IMG/VR virus record: IMGVR_UViG_3300020171_000001
Span: 93,288-157,287 of that record
Source of the DNA: a virus
DNA length: 64,000 nt
Direction: 5' to 3' (one strand)
The translations under genes were made by a program, and so were the position numbers. This document shows positions 55,272 to 64,000 of this stretch, one piece after another (positions within the stretch are counted from its first letter, which is position 1; each line of letters opens with the position of its first letter). Below the pieces are notes generated by a model that saw only the letters and a program-made list of their open reading frames with translations, was not told where the DNA came from and ran no database searches.

Positions 55272-55354
55272 GGGCCTAATACGGGTGTCCAGGGCGAAAT
55301 CCGAGGAATGAGAGATGAGGAATGGGGAATACAGATTCGCCCGTCGTAGGCCAG

Positions 55355-55753
55355 CTAAGACCGGGTGATGGGCCCGGTTACTTCTTCGAGGACTTCCCAG
55401 GGCTCTCCAGCGTGCCGGACGATGAGGTCACGAACGGTCAATCCGCGGTGGGCCAGGGTCCTGTTCATGCCTTCAAGCGTGCGTTCCGACGATGTAGCGA
55501 TGAGCGAGGCCAATTCCGATGGCTCGTACCCGATCACCAGGGATAGGATCGATGTGCATGCCATGGCCACCCGCAAGGCATGCTCAGGGCCTAGACCCAG
55601 AGACGGGCTCCGGAGCAGGTCCATGACGAGCATGAGAACCTGGGGCTCACGAGCAGCCCCGTCGTCGGCCGGCACCGGTTCACGAGCTGGATTCCAGGGC
55701 TCTTGCACACGCGGTCCGAAGGTACCTTGTCCCCACTTGAACGGGAAGCTCAT
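55355..55753 (-). CDS. hypothetical protein
   Basis: TAATG-coupled to the upstream ORF. Confidence 0.5.
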   Translation of the reverse strand: MSFPFKWGQGTFGPRVQEPWNPAREPVPADDGAAREPQVLMLVMDLLRSPSLGLGPEHALRVAMACTSILSLVIGYEPSELASLIATSSERTLEGMNRTLAHRGLTVRDLIVRHAGEPWEVLEEVTGPITRS

Positions 55754-56316
55754 TAGTTGCTCGCAGTCCGGGGTTCCGTGAATAGCCGCCCGTCGATCGT
55801 GGCACTGGCCCGTGTGCTCTGGACCTCGAGATCCCCGGATTCCAGAGAGCCATCAGCGCTTCGTGTGTAGGGCAAAGTAACCAGCAACCGATCGACCTGT
55901 TCTCCCTGCCCGCGAAGGAGCAGGGCAACGACAAGGGCTTCCTGGCAGTCCGGTTCGTTGGCCAGGGAGCCACCATCCGGAGTCAATGTGTCCTCACCAC
56001 GTTGAACGGTATACGCGTCCATCAGTGCTCCCGCGGCGAGGACTCCGGGGAGCTTCAGGGCGCTCCGAGCAAGACCCATGGCGAAGCTAGCAGCCACGGA
56101 CCCAGTGCCATTCGAATTCGAAGCGAGATCCTCAGGCACGACCATGCAGTCGATGTGCCCTGTGAATTCTATTACCAGGGCGCACACCGGCGGGCTCTCG
56201 TGTTCCTGCTGCATGAAGGCAAACGCTCTCCGTATGAGATCACCGACCAGCTTTGCAACGCGTGGAACCAGATCGGCTGCTTCGGCGCCCAGCAGGCTGT
56301 TGTCCACGTGGGTCAT
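55753..56316 (-). CDS. hypothetical protein
   Basis: ATGA-coupled; ...MDAY...PDCQEALVV. Confidence 0.55.
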   Translation of the reverse strand: MTHVDNSLLGAEAADLVPRVAKLVGDLIRRAFAFMQQEHESPPVCALVIEFTGHIDCMVVPEDLASNSNGTGSVAASFAMGLARSALKLPGVLAAGALMDAYTVQRGEDTLTPDGGSLANEPDCQEALVVALLLRGQGEQVDRLLVTLPYTRSADGSLESGDLEVQSTRASATIDGRLFTEPRTASN

Positions 56317-56747
56317 GCTGGGTCTCCACCGGTGGCATCGGTGCTGATGACATCGATGGCAATGTAGGCTTCGACCCACATGAGGCCCGTGCGCCCGCGA
56401 TTGATGGCTGCGCGCTCATCAACTGTGGCCGCGAGACCCGCTGCCTTGAGCACCGCGCGGGCTCGCACGATGGCCTTTGCCCGCTCGGCCTCTGAGACCC
56501 GGTCGTCCACGCGGGCAACCAGGAGCCGTAGATAGCGGTCTTCCTCGGACCCAGGAGCGAACCCAGATGCAGCCACGGTGCCCCTGAGCACGTCAGCAAC
56601 ACGTTCTCGCGGGCTCATACTCTCATCGTCTTGGTGTACCGGTGACATGGCAAAAATCTCCTTCGGGGTCGGCCCCTCGGACTTGCGCAGCAAAGAGATC
56701 GAGGGGGTTAGGTACCCGGAGTCTTCCGGGTTGTCTCGCTCAGGCAT
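56313..56747 (-). CDS. hypothetical protein
   Basis: Downstream of the promoter at 56808-56836. Confidence 0.45.
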   Translation of the reverse strand: MPERDNPEDSGYLTPSISLLRKSEGPTPKEIFAMSPVHQDDESMSPRERVADVLRGTVAASGFAPGSEEDRYLRLLVARVDDRVSEAERAKAIVRARAVLKAAGLAATVDERAAINRGRTGLMWVEAYIAIDVISTDATGGDPA

Positions 56748-56807
56748 CAGAATACTGTCTCTCTTTCCAGGGCGCAGCGTAAGCCCCCGAAGCTGTCGTG
56801 CAGTACA

Positions 56808-56836
56808 CGTGTAGGCTAACGTGGCATGCCTGTCAA
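56808..56836 (-). promoter_or_regulatory. promoter TTGACA-N17-TACACG overlapped by TGACAGGCATGCCA motif
   Basis: Consensus -35, 17-bp spacer. Confidence 0.55.
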
Positions 56837-56869
56837 GGAGCCCGTTTTGCCGAAAGCATGCGTCGGCGC

Positions 56870-57319
56870 CTAGCGCTTTGTCCACCATTGCTGAGCGAAG
56901 CCATGCCCGCAAGACGCGATCAGGTACGGCTTGCCACGGGCGTCAGTATCGATGTCAGCCAAGGCCACGACCGTCACGAACTCCGCGCATGCCGGGCAAG
57001 GGCCGCGAGCACCGACTTCGGGTTTCGGCCCGTCCCAGCGCGTGCAGCCGCACGCTTCGCATACCCCCTTGATGTACGGCGTGCCCTTCCGCCGGCGTTC
57101 GGTGGACTTGTCCCATCCGCACCACGCGCAGCGTGGCGGTTTTCGTTCTGTGGTGTCACTTGCCACGGGGTCTTTCTCTCCTCCTACTTTAACGTGCCAT
57201 TCGGGTAGCACGACGGTCTCGCTGTCGTAGTCGTACAACAGGCCCAGGGCCTGGGCCACATCCGCCGCGCTCTCGCCCGCCGCCAGCCGGCGCTCGATCT
57301 CGCTCGTGATCTCGTCCAT
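56870..57319 (-). CDS. multi-zinc-ribbon hypothetical protein
   Basis: CAWC, CEAC, CPAC, CGH; AGGAG RBS. Confidence 0.55.
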   Translation of the reverse strand: MDEITSEIERRLAAGESAADVAQALGLLYDYDSETVVLPEWHVKVGGEKDPVASDTTERKPPRCAWCGWDKSTERRRKGTPYIKGVCEACGCTRWDGPKPEVGARGPCPACAEFVTVVALADIDTDARGKPYLIASCGHGFAQQWWTKR

Positions 57320-57354
57320 GTTCTCTCTCCTGTTGGTGCCTTCGCGCCGGTTGC

Positions 57355-57711
57355 CTACTCGCCCTCTCTGGCCGCAGCCAGCGACCGGACATAGTTCGTG
57401 GCCGCGTCGAACACCGCGCAGCCTTCCAGCTCCACAGTCACACTCGTGACCGTGCGCGGCCACTTCGCGCACCACGAGGTGCCCCGCGGCTGCCCGGCGG
57501 GCTCGAAGCCCAACGCCTCGGCCACGGCCAGCACCGTCTGCGCCACCTTACCGGGGGAGCGGACGGCCACAGAGCTGCCATTCCGGGCGTAGTAGTACCA
57601 GCCTGCCTCTCGGCAGGCCGGCCCGGCCACGGCCAGCCGGAGCTGCCGCCAGTCGCCGTTCAGGACGTAGTTGATTACTGCGATGGTTTTTTGCGCGCTG
57701 GTCGTGTCCAT
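57355..57711 (-). CDS. hypothetical protein
   Basis: GAGGAG RBS; high GC3. Confidence 0.6.
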   Translation of the reverse strand: MDTTSAQKTIAVINYVLNGDWRQLRLAVAGPACREAGWYYYARNGSSVAVRSPGKVAQTVLAVAEALGFEPAGQPRGTSWCAKWPRTVTSVTVELEGCAVFDAATNYVRSLAAAREGE

Positions 57712-57747
57712 CGTATCTCCTCTTTGTGGCGTCTCCGCGTCGGTTGC

Positions 57748-58104
57748 CTACTCGTCGTCGTCGGACGGGACGTGCGCCCAGCCGGCGACCGTCTCGCCGG
57801 TCAACAGCCGGCCGGCGTCCCAGTGGTAGCGGGTCACGCTGCCGTCCGTGTTCTCGTACCAGCCGCCAGTCGTCACGGGCTCGCGGGTGTGCGCACGGGG
57901 CGCCTCGGCCGGTGCCGGAGCGAACCACGCCCCGCGCTCCTTGACGCCCGCGTTGACGTTCGTCTCGCGGACAGCCCCGCACGCGCAGGTGTCGATCTGG
58001 CAGATGTTTCCGTGAGCGCGGCGGTTCTCCTCTCTGCAGCCCCGCGCCGTGCTGCGGTAGCCGACGGTACGCGTGGTCTTGATACGGTGTCGGTGCTTTG
58101 CCAT
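57748..58104 (-). CDS. hypothetical protein
   Basis: GAGGAG RBS; CACG motif. Confidence 0.55.
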   Translation of the reverse strand: MAKHRHRIKTTRTVGYRSTARGCREENRRAHGNICQIDTCACGAVRETNVNAGVKERGAWFAPAPAEAPRAHTREPVTTGGWYENTDGSVTRYHWDAGRLLTGETVAGWAHVPSDDDE

Positions 58105-58108
58105 TGTC

Positions 58109-58726
58109 TTACTCCTCGGCCTCCTCGGCCTCCTCCCGCGCTCGCTGCTGCAGGTCTTGCAGGTGCTCGCTGAGCCCTGTCAGCAGGACCCCATCGGCCT
58201 GCGCGGCTTCCTCGATCTCACAGCACAGGACCTCCAGGGCTTCCTCTGACGTCTCGGCAGTGACCAGCCAGTCGTCGCCGATGGCAATCCCCCCCGAAGT
58301 CACGTGCTCGACAGCCTGGAGGTAATCTGCCGCGTCCCAGACCTGCGCCAGGTTGTCAGGGTTAGCCGCTACCGCGTCGAGGTGCCACTCGGCCAGGATC
58401 GATGCGTCCTTGGCCGAATCGGTGAGCCGTCCGACGTGGTTCGAGCCGTCCCACTCAACGGTGTGCCCCGCATGCACGTCGGCCAGCAACAGACGCAACT
58501 CCGAGCCCTCGGTCAGCAGCTCGTCGAGGACCGCGCCCGAGATGAGCGGCGAGATGCTCCAGCGCATCTGCACGCCGTGGTACACCGAGAACGGGATGGC
58601 GTTGCCGATCTCGCCGTTCCAGTCGGCGCGCACGACTCCATCCTCGTCCATCTCGACGAAGGCTGGCTGCTCCTCGAACTGTCCTGGGTATTTGTGGTAC
58701 AGCGGCGCTGTTATCTTCTTGCCCAT
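58109..58726 (-). CDS. acidic hypothetical phage protein
   Basis: AAGGAG RBS; ...EIGNAIPFSVYHG...WDGSNHVGRL. Confidence 0.65.
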   Translation of the reverse strand: MGKKITAPLYHKYPGQFEEQPAFVEMDEDGVVRADWNGEIGNAIPFSVYHGVQMRWSISPLISGAVLDELLTEGSELRLLLADVHAGHTVEWDGSNHVGRLTDSAKDASILAEWHLDAVAANPDNLAQVWDAADYLQAVEHVTSGGIAIGDDWLVTAETSEEALEVLCCEIEEAAQADGVLLTGLSEHLQDLQQRAREEAEEAEE

Positions 58727-58748
58727 GGATTCGGTTCTCCTTTGCTCT

Positions 58749-59777
58749 CTACTTGTCAGCAGTCCATCTCTGCGCCGTGCGGCGCAGGCGGACGCGTTCT
58801 TGTTTCTCGCGTTCGACCCATTCGGCCCACGCGTCAGGGTCTTGCACGCGACGAACCTCCTGGAGGACCAGGTCGCGGAGCACCGTCGGCGGGAGCGCAT
58901 CGAGTTCCCAGGAGGACTCGCCGAATCGCGCAATGTAGTCTGTGGCTCGCGAGTCGGTGATCTTCGCTGGGTTGGGCGGCGGGTTGTACTGCCGAACCTG
59001 CTCCATGTTGAGTGCCACTCGCTTGATCGTAAAGGAGCCCCCGGCAACGCGGCAACCGTAGTCAGCAGCAGCGGACTGGAGCGCGTCCCCATAGCTGGGA
59101 TCGCTCTCGTCGATGGTCTCTGCCTCGCGACCGTTGAGGCCGTCGAGGCCGTCCATCAGCACGCCGTTTCCGGAGCAGTAGAGCGAGAGGCGGTCCCGGA
59201 TATCCCGGGTCATGTCAATCCCCGACGGATCGTGGTCACCGAAGTGCAGGATGGTGGTCGACTGCCCGTCGCCGCTGCGCCAGTACTGCACGATCTTCTC
59301 GGCGGTCTGGTGCATCGTGGATTGCGACATGTAGCCTCTGCAGCAGAGAACCGGTACGCGTAGTGGATCACAGATGTCCTCAAAGATGGCTCCGAGGGCC
59401 TCCTTCTCGACCATTAGCAAGACGCGCTTGGGCTGGTACGCCCACATGTCGAATCGGAACTGGTCTGCGCAGGCCGACAGGATGTCTGCGCCGCTACTCC
59501 ACGAGGCCAGCTTGTGCAGTCGTCGAGTACGATCTACCAGGGAATCCCAGTCGATGAGACCGGCCTGCCGGGCATCCGAGATGATGGACCCGAGGCGGGA
59601 GTATGATTGCTGCGTGTTGGAGATCCAGCCCCGTGACACGAAGCCGTAAAAGAGCTGGCGGAGTGTGACCGAGAGCACCTCATCGTCGCGCAACTCAGAC
59701 AGAATCGTGTTGGCTTGGCCAATCAGTTCTCGGGAAGCTCCCGAGAAGCGCTTCCATTCGTAGCAAATTCTGGCCAT
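58749..59777 (-). CDS. Spo11/topoisomerase VI-A-like wHTH plus TOPRIM protein
   Basis: TLRQLFY, DAR..GLI.W..LVD, VEKEAL, RGYMS, HFGDHDPSG, RVALN, WELDAL. Confidence 0.8.
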   Translation of the reverse strand: MARICYEWKRFSGASRELIGQANTILSELRDDEVLSVTLRQLFYGFVSRGWISNTQQSYSRLGSIISDARQAGLIDWDSLVDRTRRLHKLASWSSGADILSACADQFRFDMWAYQPKRVLLMVEKEALGAIFEDICDPLRVPVLCCRGYMSQSTMHQTAEKIVQYWRSGDGQSTTILHFGDHDPSGIDMTRDIRDRLSLYCSGNGVLMDGLDGLNGREAETIDESDPSYGDALQSAAADYGCRVAGGSFTIKRVALNMEQVRQYNPPPNPAKITDSRATDYIARFGESSWELDALPPTVLRDLVLQEVRRVQDPDAWAEWVEREKQERVRLRRTAQRWTADK

Positions 59778-60262
59778 CAGGTATCCTTTCCCGGCAGGTC
59801 GACAACTTGCCCAATGTGGCGCCGAAACCCATCCAGGATCTCTGCTGCAGTCAGTACACCGTTGCCAGGTGCTGACAGGGGCAAGTTCCACTTCCCGGAG
59901 TACGGGTTGAGTCTGTGCCCGAGCCGTCGGCTCGGGTTGAGCACCGAGCAGGCGCGGTCGCGGTCCCCTGCCCGCAGAGTTAGGTAAACGAACCCGGCTG
60001 ACCGTTCCACGTCCGACCGGGTGGACGAGGACTCTGACAGGTACTTGGCTTCTCTCTCTGGATCCGGCAGTGAGATGAACACTGGCCCAATCATGGTCTC
60101 CGGCACCACGTGGGAGTACATGAACGCCCAGCTGTCCCCCGGCGCAGTCTCCCGGATCCCTACCGGCGTCAGCATCTCCAGGACCCCCTGCCGAACCTCA
60201 GCGGTTCGACGCAGCAGATCCTTCTTGGTCATGGTCATGGCCATGGCCGCGGCCGCGGTCAT
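59777..60262 (-). CDS. hypothetical protein
   Basis: Coupled at both ends; NPYSGKWN motif. Confidence 0.55.
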   Translation of the reverse strand: MTAAAAMAMTMTKKDLLRRTAEVRQGVLEMLTPVGIRETAPGDSWAFMYSHVVPETMIGPVFISLPDPEREAKYLSESSSTRSDVERSAGFVYLTLRAGDRDRACSVLNPSRRLGHRLNPYSGKWNLPLSAPGNGVLTAAEILDGFRRHIGQVVDLPGKDT

Positions 60263-60639
60263 GATCGCTTCATTCCTGCCTTCGTCTCTGCCCGCTCGAT
60301 CTCCTCGTCCAGGGCCTCTTGCACGTCCGGGTCGACATCGAGACCCCGCAAGAACCGGGACACGGCGAGCCACGTGGAGAGCTTGGCCTCAGAGTCCCAA
60401 GGCACCTGGATCACCCAAAAGGAGTCATCTTGCTTCCACAGGATCCGTGGCCGGGACGAGGCTACTAGCCCTGAGATCAGAATGCCGTCTCCTGTCTGCA
60501 TTTGGCAGGAGTTGAACGACTCGAAGTCGGCTACGATCTGCGACAGTACCCGTTGGTTCCCGCAGATGCATCGCAGGTCCGAGGCAATCCAGTCCACGAT
60601 CCGGGACAGCTGGACGGGCCTCAATGCACGATTTGCCAT
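60259..60639 (-). CDS. hypothetical protein
   Basis: 126 aa, coupled. Confidence 0.45.
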   Translation of the reverse strand: MANRALRPVQLSRIVDWIASDLRCICGNQRVLSQIVADFESFNSCQMQTGDGILISGLVASSRPRILWKQDDSFWVIQVPWDSEAKLSTWLAVSRFLRGLDVDPDVQEALDEEIERAETKAGMKRS

Positions 60640-60809
60640 TCTGCTATGATCCGCAGCATCGTCTTGCGTTCTTCGGCGATCCCGGCCCGGCAGTTGTCGT
60701 CGTACTGCGGGTACACTCCAGCATCGATCTGCCGCCGGTACTCATCGATCAGCCGCCGGCAGTGAACTATAGCTCGCAGAGCAGCTTCACGTGAGACGAT
60801 CTGTGACAT
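60621..60809 (-). CDS. small hypothetical protein
   Basis: 62 aa after the clamp gene. Confidence 0.4.
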   Translation of the reverse strand: MSQIVSREAALRAIVHCRRLIDEYRRQIDAGVYPQYDDNCRAGIAEERKTMLRIIAEWQIVH

Positions 60810-60818
60810 CTTCGCTCA

Positions 60819-62426
60819 TCATGGGCGCATCGGCATGACGACCGCGGTGCAATCAAGTCCGCCGCTCACGCCTACGACCAACAGAGGGTCTAACGGCCCA
60901 GTCCAGTGCAGCCCGGCCTTCTTGTCGCAGAGCTTGGACACCTGCGACAAGAATCCGTGATTGATGGAGATGACCGATGGCTCCGATGGGCCACCGAGCA
61001 CCTGGGCAGCACAGCGCACAGATGCCTCGGTGCCTTCGGTATCTGAAGCCGACAAGAGCAAGCCGCTCGAATCGAGGCATAGCGTGCAGCCCTCTACCCG
61101 GTCAAGCGGGCGGATGCACTTGACGATGGCCTTGGCCAGTACAACAGCGTCCATCTCACAGGCAGTATAGCAGGGCTCGTTGCGCATAGAATCCAGTCTG
61201 GGGATGACATGCTCAGTCGGGGGCGGAACGCGCATTTCCACGTCCTTTTGACCCCGGAGAACCCACCGGCCGGTAGCTGCCCACCACGTACCCGGTGTGT
61301 TGCCGCGGTCGGCCGTTTCAGGCTGCTTCTCCTGCCCCGGTACCCAGGCCAACAGGGCCGGACCCGAGTCGAGATTGAGCAGCCGTCGGTAGAAAGCGGC
61401 CAGTGCGCCCGGCAGAAGACCGTGCGTCTCACGCTGGAAGTCGATCCGGCCCGCGTGGCCGACCGGCGCGATGTGCCCGCGGTTCCCATCGGTGGACATG
61501 AAGCTGTAGCGCCCGAAAATCTCCCCAACGGCGATGCCCGTCAGGTGCTGGCGTGAGCTGTCCTGGCTCATGGCCGGTAGTGTAAAGTCCAGGGCAGCGA
61601 GCAGATACTTACGCGAGGTGCCGTCCCATGTGAGCTGGGGGAGACTTGCCACCGCGGGGTCAAGGCCCTCGGGGACTCTTGGATAGTCGTCCGGCAACTG
61701 CGTGCGCAGCTTCACCTGGGCGCCGCCGCAGGTGACTATGAGCGCACCCGGAATGGCACGCCCAGCAGGGACATGGGGTTGGGCCGGAACAAGCAGACTG
61801 CCGTCGTCGGCGTATAGCGCCGGTTGCTCGGTCACCCCCTCTGTCCCGGGCTCGTCAGGCAGCTTCTCCAGTATGACCGACTCTGCCTTCTCAGCCTTGG
61901 AATCCGGCTTGAGCGCCCGTTCCATAGCAACTGCGTCTACGCAGCAGGGCTCGAAGTCAGCGATGCCGGTCAGGTCCAACTTGGCGCATGCGAAGATGCC
62001 GAGATCTGTGAAGTCCACGCGGAGCTGCGCGTCTTCTACACGTAGCAGCACCATGCGCAGGATGGGCACCATCGGGGCACTGCTCTTGAGCAGTCTGGCT
62101 GCTTCTGCCATGACGACGTGCAGATCGCCGCGGTTGACAGTGATGGCTCGAGGCCCCCCCGACCCAGAGCCGGGGGGCAGAGGCCGGTCCGGGGCGGATG
62201 GTTCCGGATCCGGTGGCGGGGGCAGCAAGGGCGATTGTGTGGCTACCTGCACGCGCTCCAGGGATTCTCGGTTGGGGAGTAGCCAGACCCTCTCTTTGCT
62301 GAGCGACAGAGCGCCTGTCTCGATCATTTCAGCACGTAGCATGTCATACTGCGTGCCGAAGAGGATATCCCAGGGAATAACCAAGCCGGCGTTCTTGCGC
62401 CGGGCAACCTCGGTTGCGAAGCTCAT
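60819..62426 (-). CDS. DNA polymerase III beta-clamp (DnaN)-like protein with N-terminal extension
   Basis: PILRMVLL...TDL, DDYP, AMSQDSSRQHLTGI, STDGNR, VIP, INHGFL, terminal VVMPMR. Confidence 0.85.
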   Translation of the reverse strand: MSFATEVARRKNAGLVIPWDILFGTQYDMLRAEMIETGALSLSKERVWLLPNRESLERVQVATQSPLLPPPPDPEPSAPDRPLPPGSGSGGPRAITVNRGDLHVVMAEAARLLKSSAPMVPILRMVLLRVEDAQLRVDFTDLGIFACAKLDLTGIADFEPCCVDAVAMERALKPDSKAEKAESVILEKLPDEPGTEGVTEQPALYADDGSLLVPAQPHVPAGRAIPGALIVTCGGAQVKLRTQLPDDYPRVPEGLDPAVASLPQLTWDGTSRKYLLAALDFTLPAMSQDSSRQHLTGIAVGEIFGRYSFMSTDGNRGHIAPVGHAGRIDFQRETHGLLPGALAAFYRRLLNLDSGPALLAWVPGQEKQPETADRGNTPGTWWAATGRWVLRGQKDVEMRVPPPTEHVIPRLDSMRNEPCYTACEMDAVVLAKAIVKCIRPLDRVEGCTLCLDSSGLLLSASDTEGTEASVRCAAQVLGGPSEPSVISINHGFLSQVSKLCDKKAGLHWTGPLDPLLVVGVSGGLDCTAVVMPMRP

Positions 62427-62674
62427 CGTGCTTCCTCATCAGACTCTCCTGGTGCATCGGGGTCGTTGCCATCGGGGCACAGGTCATCGGGCGCCTGAGC
62501 CTTCAGCTCGATGTCCGGAGTGCAGCCGGCGGCATCCAATCGTGGGTCCCACTCGCGTAGCAACACCACCCTGCGAGCCTCGGTCGCAGAGACGACGCCC
62601 GCGACGTCCCCCTCGGCCAGCACCCGGCGTTCGCCCTCCGGCGTGCCGTAGAACAGTTTGAACAGGTAGCTCAT
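62423..62674 (-). CDS. small hypothetical protein
   Basis: GAGGAG RBS; coupled to the clamp gene. Confidence 0.5.
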   Translation of the reverse strand: MSYLFKLFYGTPEGERRVLAEGDVAGVVSATEARRVVLLREWDPRLDAAGCTPDIELKAQAPDDLCPDGNDPDAPGESDEEAR

Positions 62675-63153
62675 GGTAGTGCTCCTCTCCATCATTTGCT
62701 TCTGAATGCGCCATGATGCGTTCGACGGCTTCCCAGGAAAACTGCGAGTGTCCGCCGCCGTCGAGCCGGGCGACCGCAGCAAAGGGCTGCCGAGTTCCGG
62801 CGAGCACGGCGGGCTCTCCGTCCAGTGTCGCCCCAGACCTCGATGCCAGCGAGATCAGCTCGCGCCGACGAGCTTCGCTCACCTGGAGCGTGGTCTGGTT
62901 CACTGGCTTACCGCGCCCATGAGCAGCACACCGTCCTCGAAGTGGTAGCGTCCCTGCGCCGTCTCCACGTGCCCTCCGCGGCGCAGAACGTCCCCGTGGT
63001 TGTTGCAGAAGATCACCATGCTGGTCGTAGTAACGCAGAACCACGAGCCGTGCTCCCGGGTGATCCGACACCCGCAGCGCGGAGGGATCCCTGCTCCGGA
63101 GCCTACAAGCGCTTCGCAGCGAATGGCCGGTCCCATCGATCTCTTCACCATCG

Positions 63154-63363
63154 CTACACGCATTCCGACAGGTCGAAGACTGCTTCACAGACGGAGCAAC
63201 GGACACGTTCCTCGGTCGTGTTGACCTGCTTCGCATCTGAGAACGCGAATCCATCAGGCTCCAGGTACACCCCGGATGTCTCGAACTCACCGCCTATGAC
63301 CTGCAGGGCAGCGGTCTCCGGCACGGCGCCGCACCGGGGGCAGTCCAGTTTATAATCAGCCAT
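63154..63363 (-). CDS. small zinc-ribbon protein
   Basis: CPRC...CSVC; GGAGG RBS. Confidence 0.55.
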   Translation of the reverse strand: MADYKLDCPRCGAVPETAALQVIGGEFETSGVYLEPDGFAFSDAKQVNTTEERVRCSVCEAVFDLSECV

Positions 63364-63398
63364 CGGTTGCCTCCATCTCTCTACCTTCGTTATTGGGC

Positions 63399-64000
63399 TC
63401 ATCCCTGCCTCCGGGCACCGGAACAGGTAGCCTGTTTGATCATCTCCCAGGCTTCTTGAGCGCGGTCGAACAGCTCATCAATCATTTCCACAGGGAGATC
63501 CATAGACTCGGTCAGGGCGCTGAAGTCGAGGTTGTCCTGCGTCGCCATGATCTCTGCAAGGAGCCGGGGGAACTGCACCTCGTCGCATTCCCATGGGGAA
63601 CGGCCCTTCCACGAGACAGTGTTGTGGTCGCACTCGCCCAGGACAGACAGATCATGGGGGACCGGCTGCTTGATGATCTCATGGAGCTTCAGGGTGTCGT
63701 AGACTTGCCCGCCGAACGGGTAGTTGGCCAGCGCCGGATTGTGCGAAGCATCGGTCTCCGGAGGGCCCTCCGGTTCCCCCTCGTCCGGGTCTTCCCCATC
63801 CACATCGTACATGTCCCCTTCCCCTTCCATGGTAGCCTCGGTGAGAGTCACTTCCTCCTCGCCGTGCATGGCCTCGGGCTGATTGCGCACATCGAACACC
63901 GTGCCGATGTCCAACGTGGAAACCAGCTCCCTGAGCAAGTCCCTGGCCCGCTTCTCGTTCTCTGCCTTGACCCGGCAGACGGCGAGGAGCGTGATGTCAA
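63399..64000 (-). CDS. acidic hypothetical protein (5' partial)
   Basis: Frame stays open to the window edge; ...QFPRLLAEI...SMDL...ELFDRA...WE. Confidence 0.6.
   Translation of the reverse strand, partial: DITLLAVCRVKAENEKRARDLLRELVSTLDIGTVFDVRNQPEAMHGEEEVTLTEATMEGEGDMYDVDGEDPDEGEPEGPPETDASHNPALANYPFGGQVYDTLKLHEIIKQPVPHDLSVLGECDHNTVSWKGRSPWECDEVQFPRLLAEIMATQDNLDFSALTESMDLPVEMIDELFDRAQEAWEMIKQATCSGARRQG

Overview
A 64-kb, high-GC (about 65% by eye) segment of a contractile-tailed (myovirus-like) bacteriophage or prophage. No rRNA, tRNA, CRISPR array, integrase or host housekeeping operon is visible, and the capsid and portal genes are not in the window. (1) 1-22.8 kb, + strand: tail/baseplate operon with neck-type genes, sheath, T4 gp19-like tube, chaperone with a probable -1 frameshift, 1089-aa tape measure, tube initiator, LysM-like wedge, hub, spike, gp25, baseplate J, a gpI-like protein and a putative fibre. 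(2) 22.6-47.1 kb, mostly - strand: replication, recombination and nucleotide genes, including deoxynucleoside kinase, family A DNA polymerase, papain-like peptidase plus Cys-rich lipoprotein, DHH phosphoesterase, DUF1848-like Fe-S protein, family-4 uracil-DNA glycosylase fragment, DUF669-like SSB, intein-containing Sak4-like AAA ATPase, SNF2 helicase, AAA_25 helicase, intein-containing UvrD, Cas4-like nuclease and an SF2 helicase in two pieces. (3) 47.1-51.5 kb, + strand: a stand-alone terminase locus. (4) 51.5-64 kb, - strand: small early-type genes, including a Spo11/TopoVI-A-like TOPRIM protein and a DnaN-like clamp. The most unusual observations are: a SPO1-type UDG-PolA fusion that appears split, with the last UDG strand and His motif at the N-terminus of the polymerase 3.8 kb from the rest of the UDG; two inverted 79-bp elements (77/79 identical), each with a perfect DnaA box between palindromic arms, bracketing 7 kb, one of them between the two helicase halves (the C-half ends in a transmembrane-like helix); in-frame TerS-like and TerL ORFs separated by one TAG; a GIY-YIG-like UvrD intein; and a recurring TGNCA-GGCA-TGNCA operator-like motif at promoters. 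All protein calls are by motif recognition; no database search was run.
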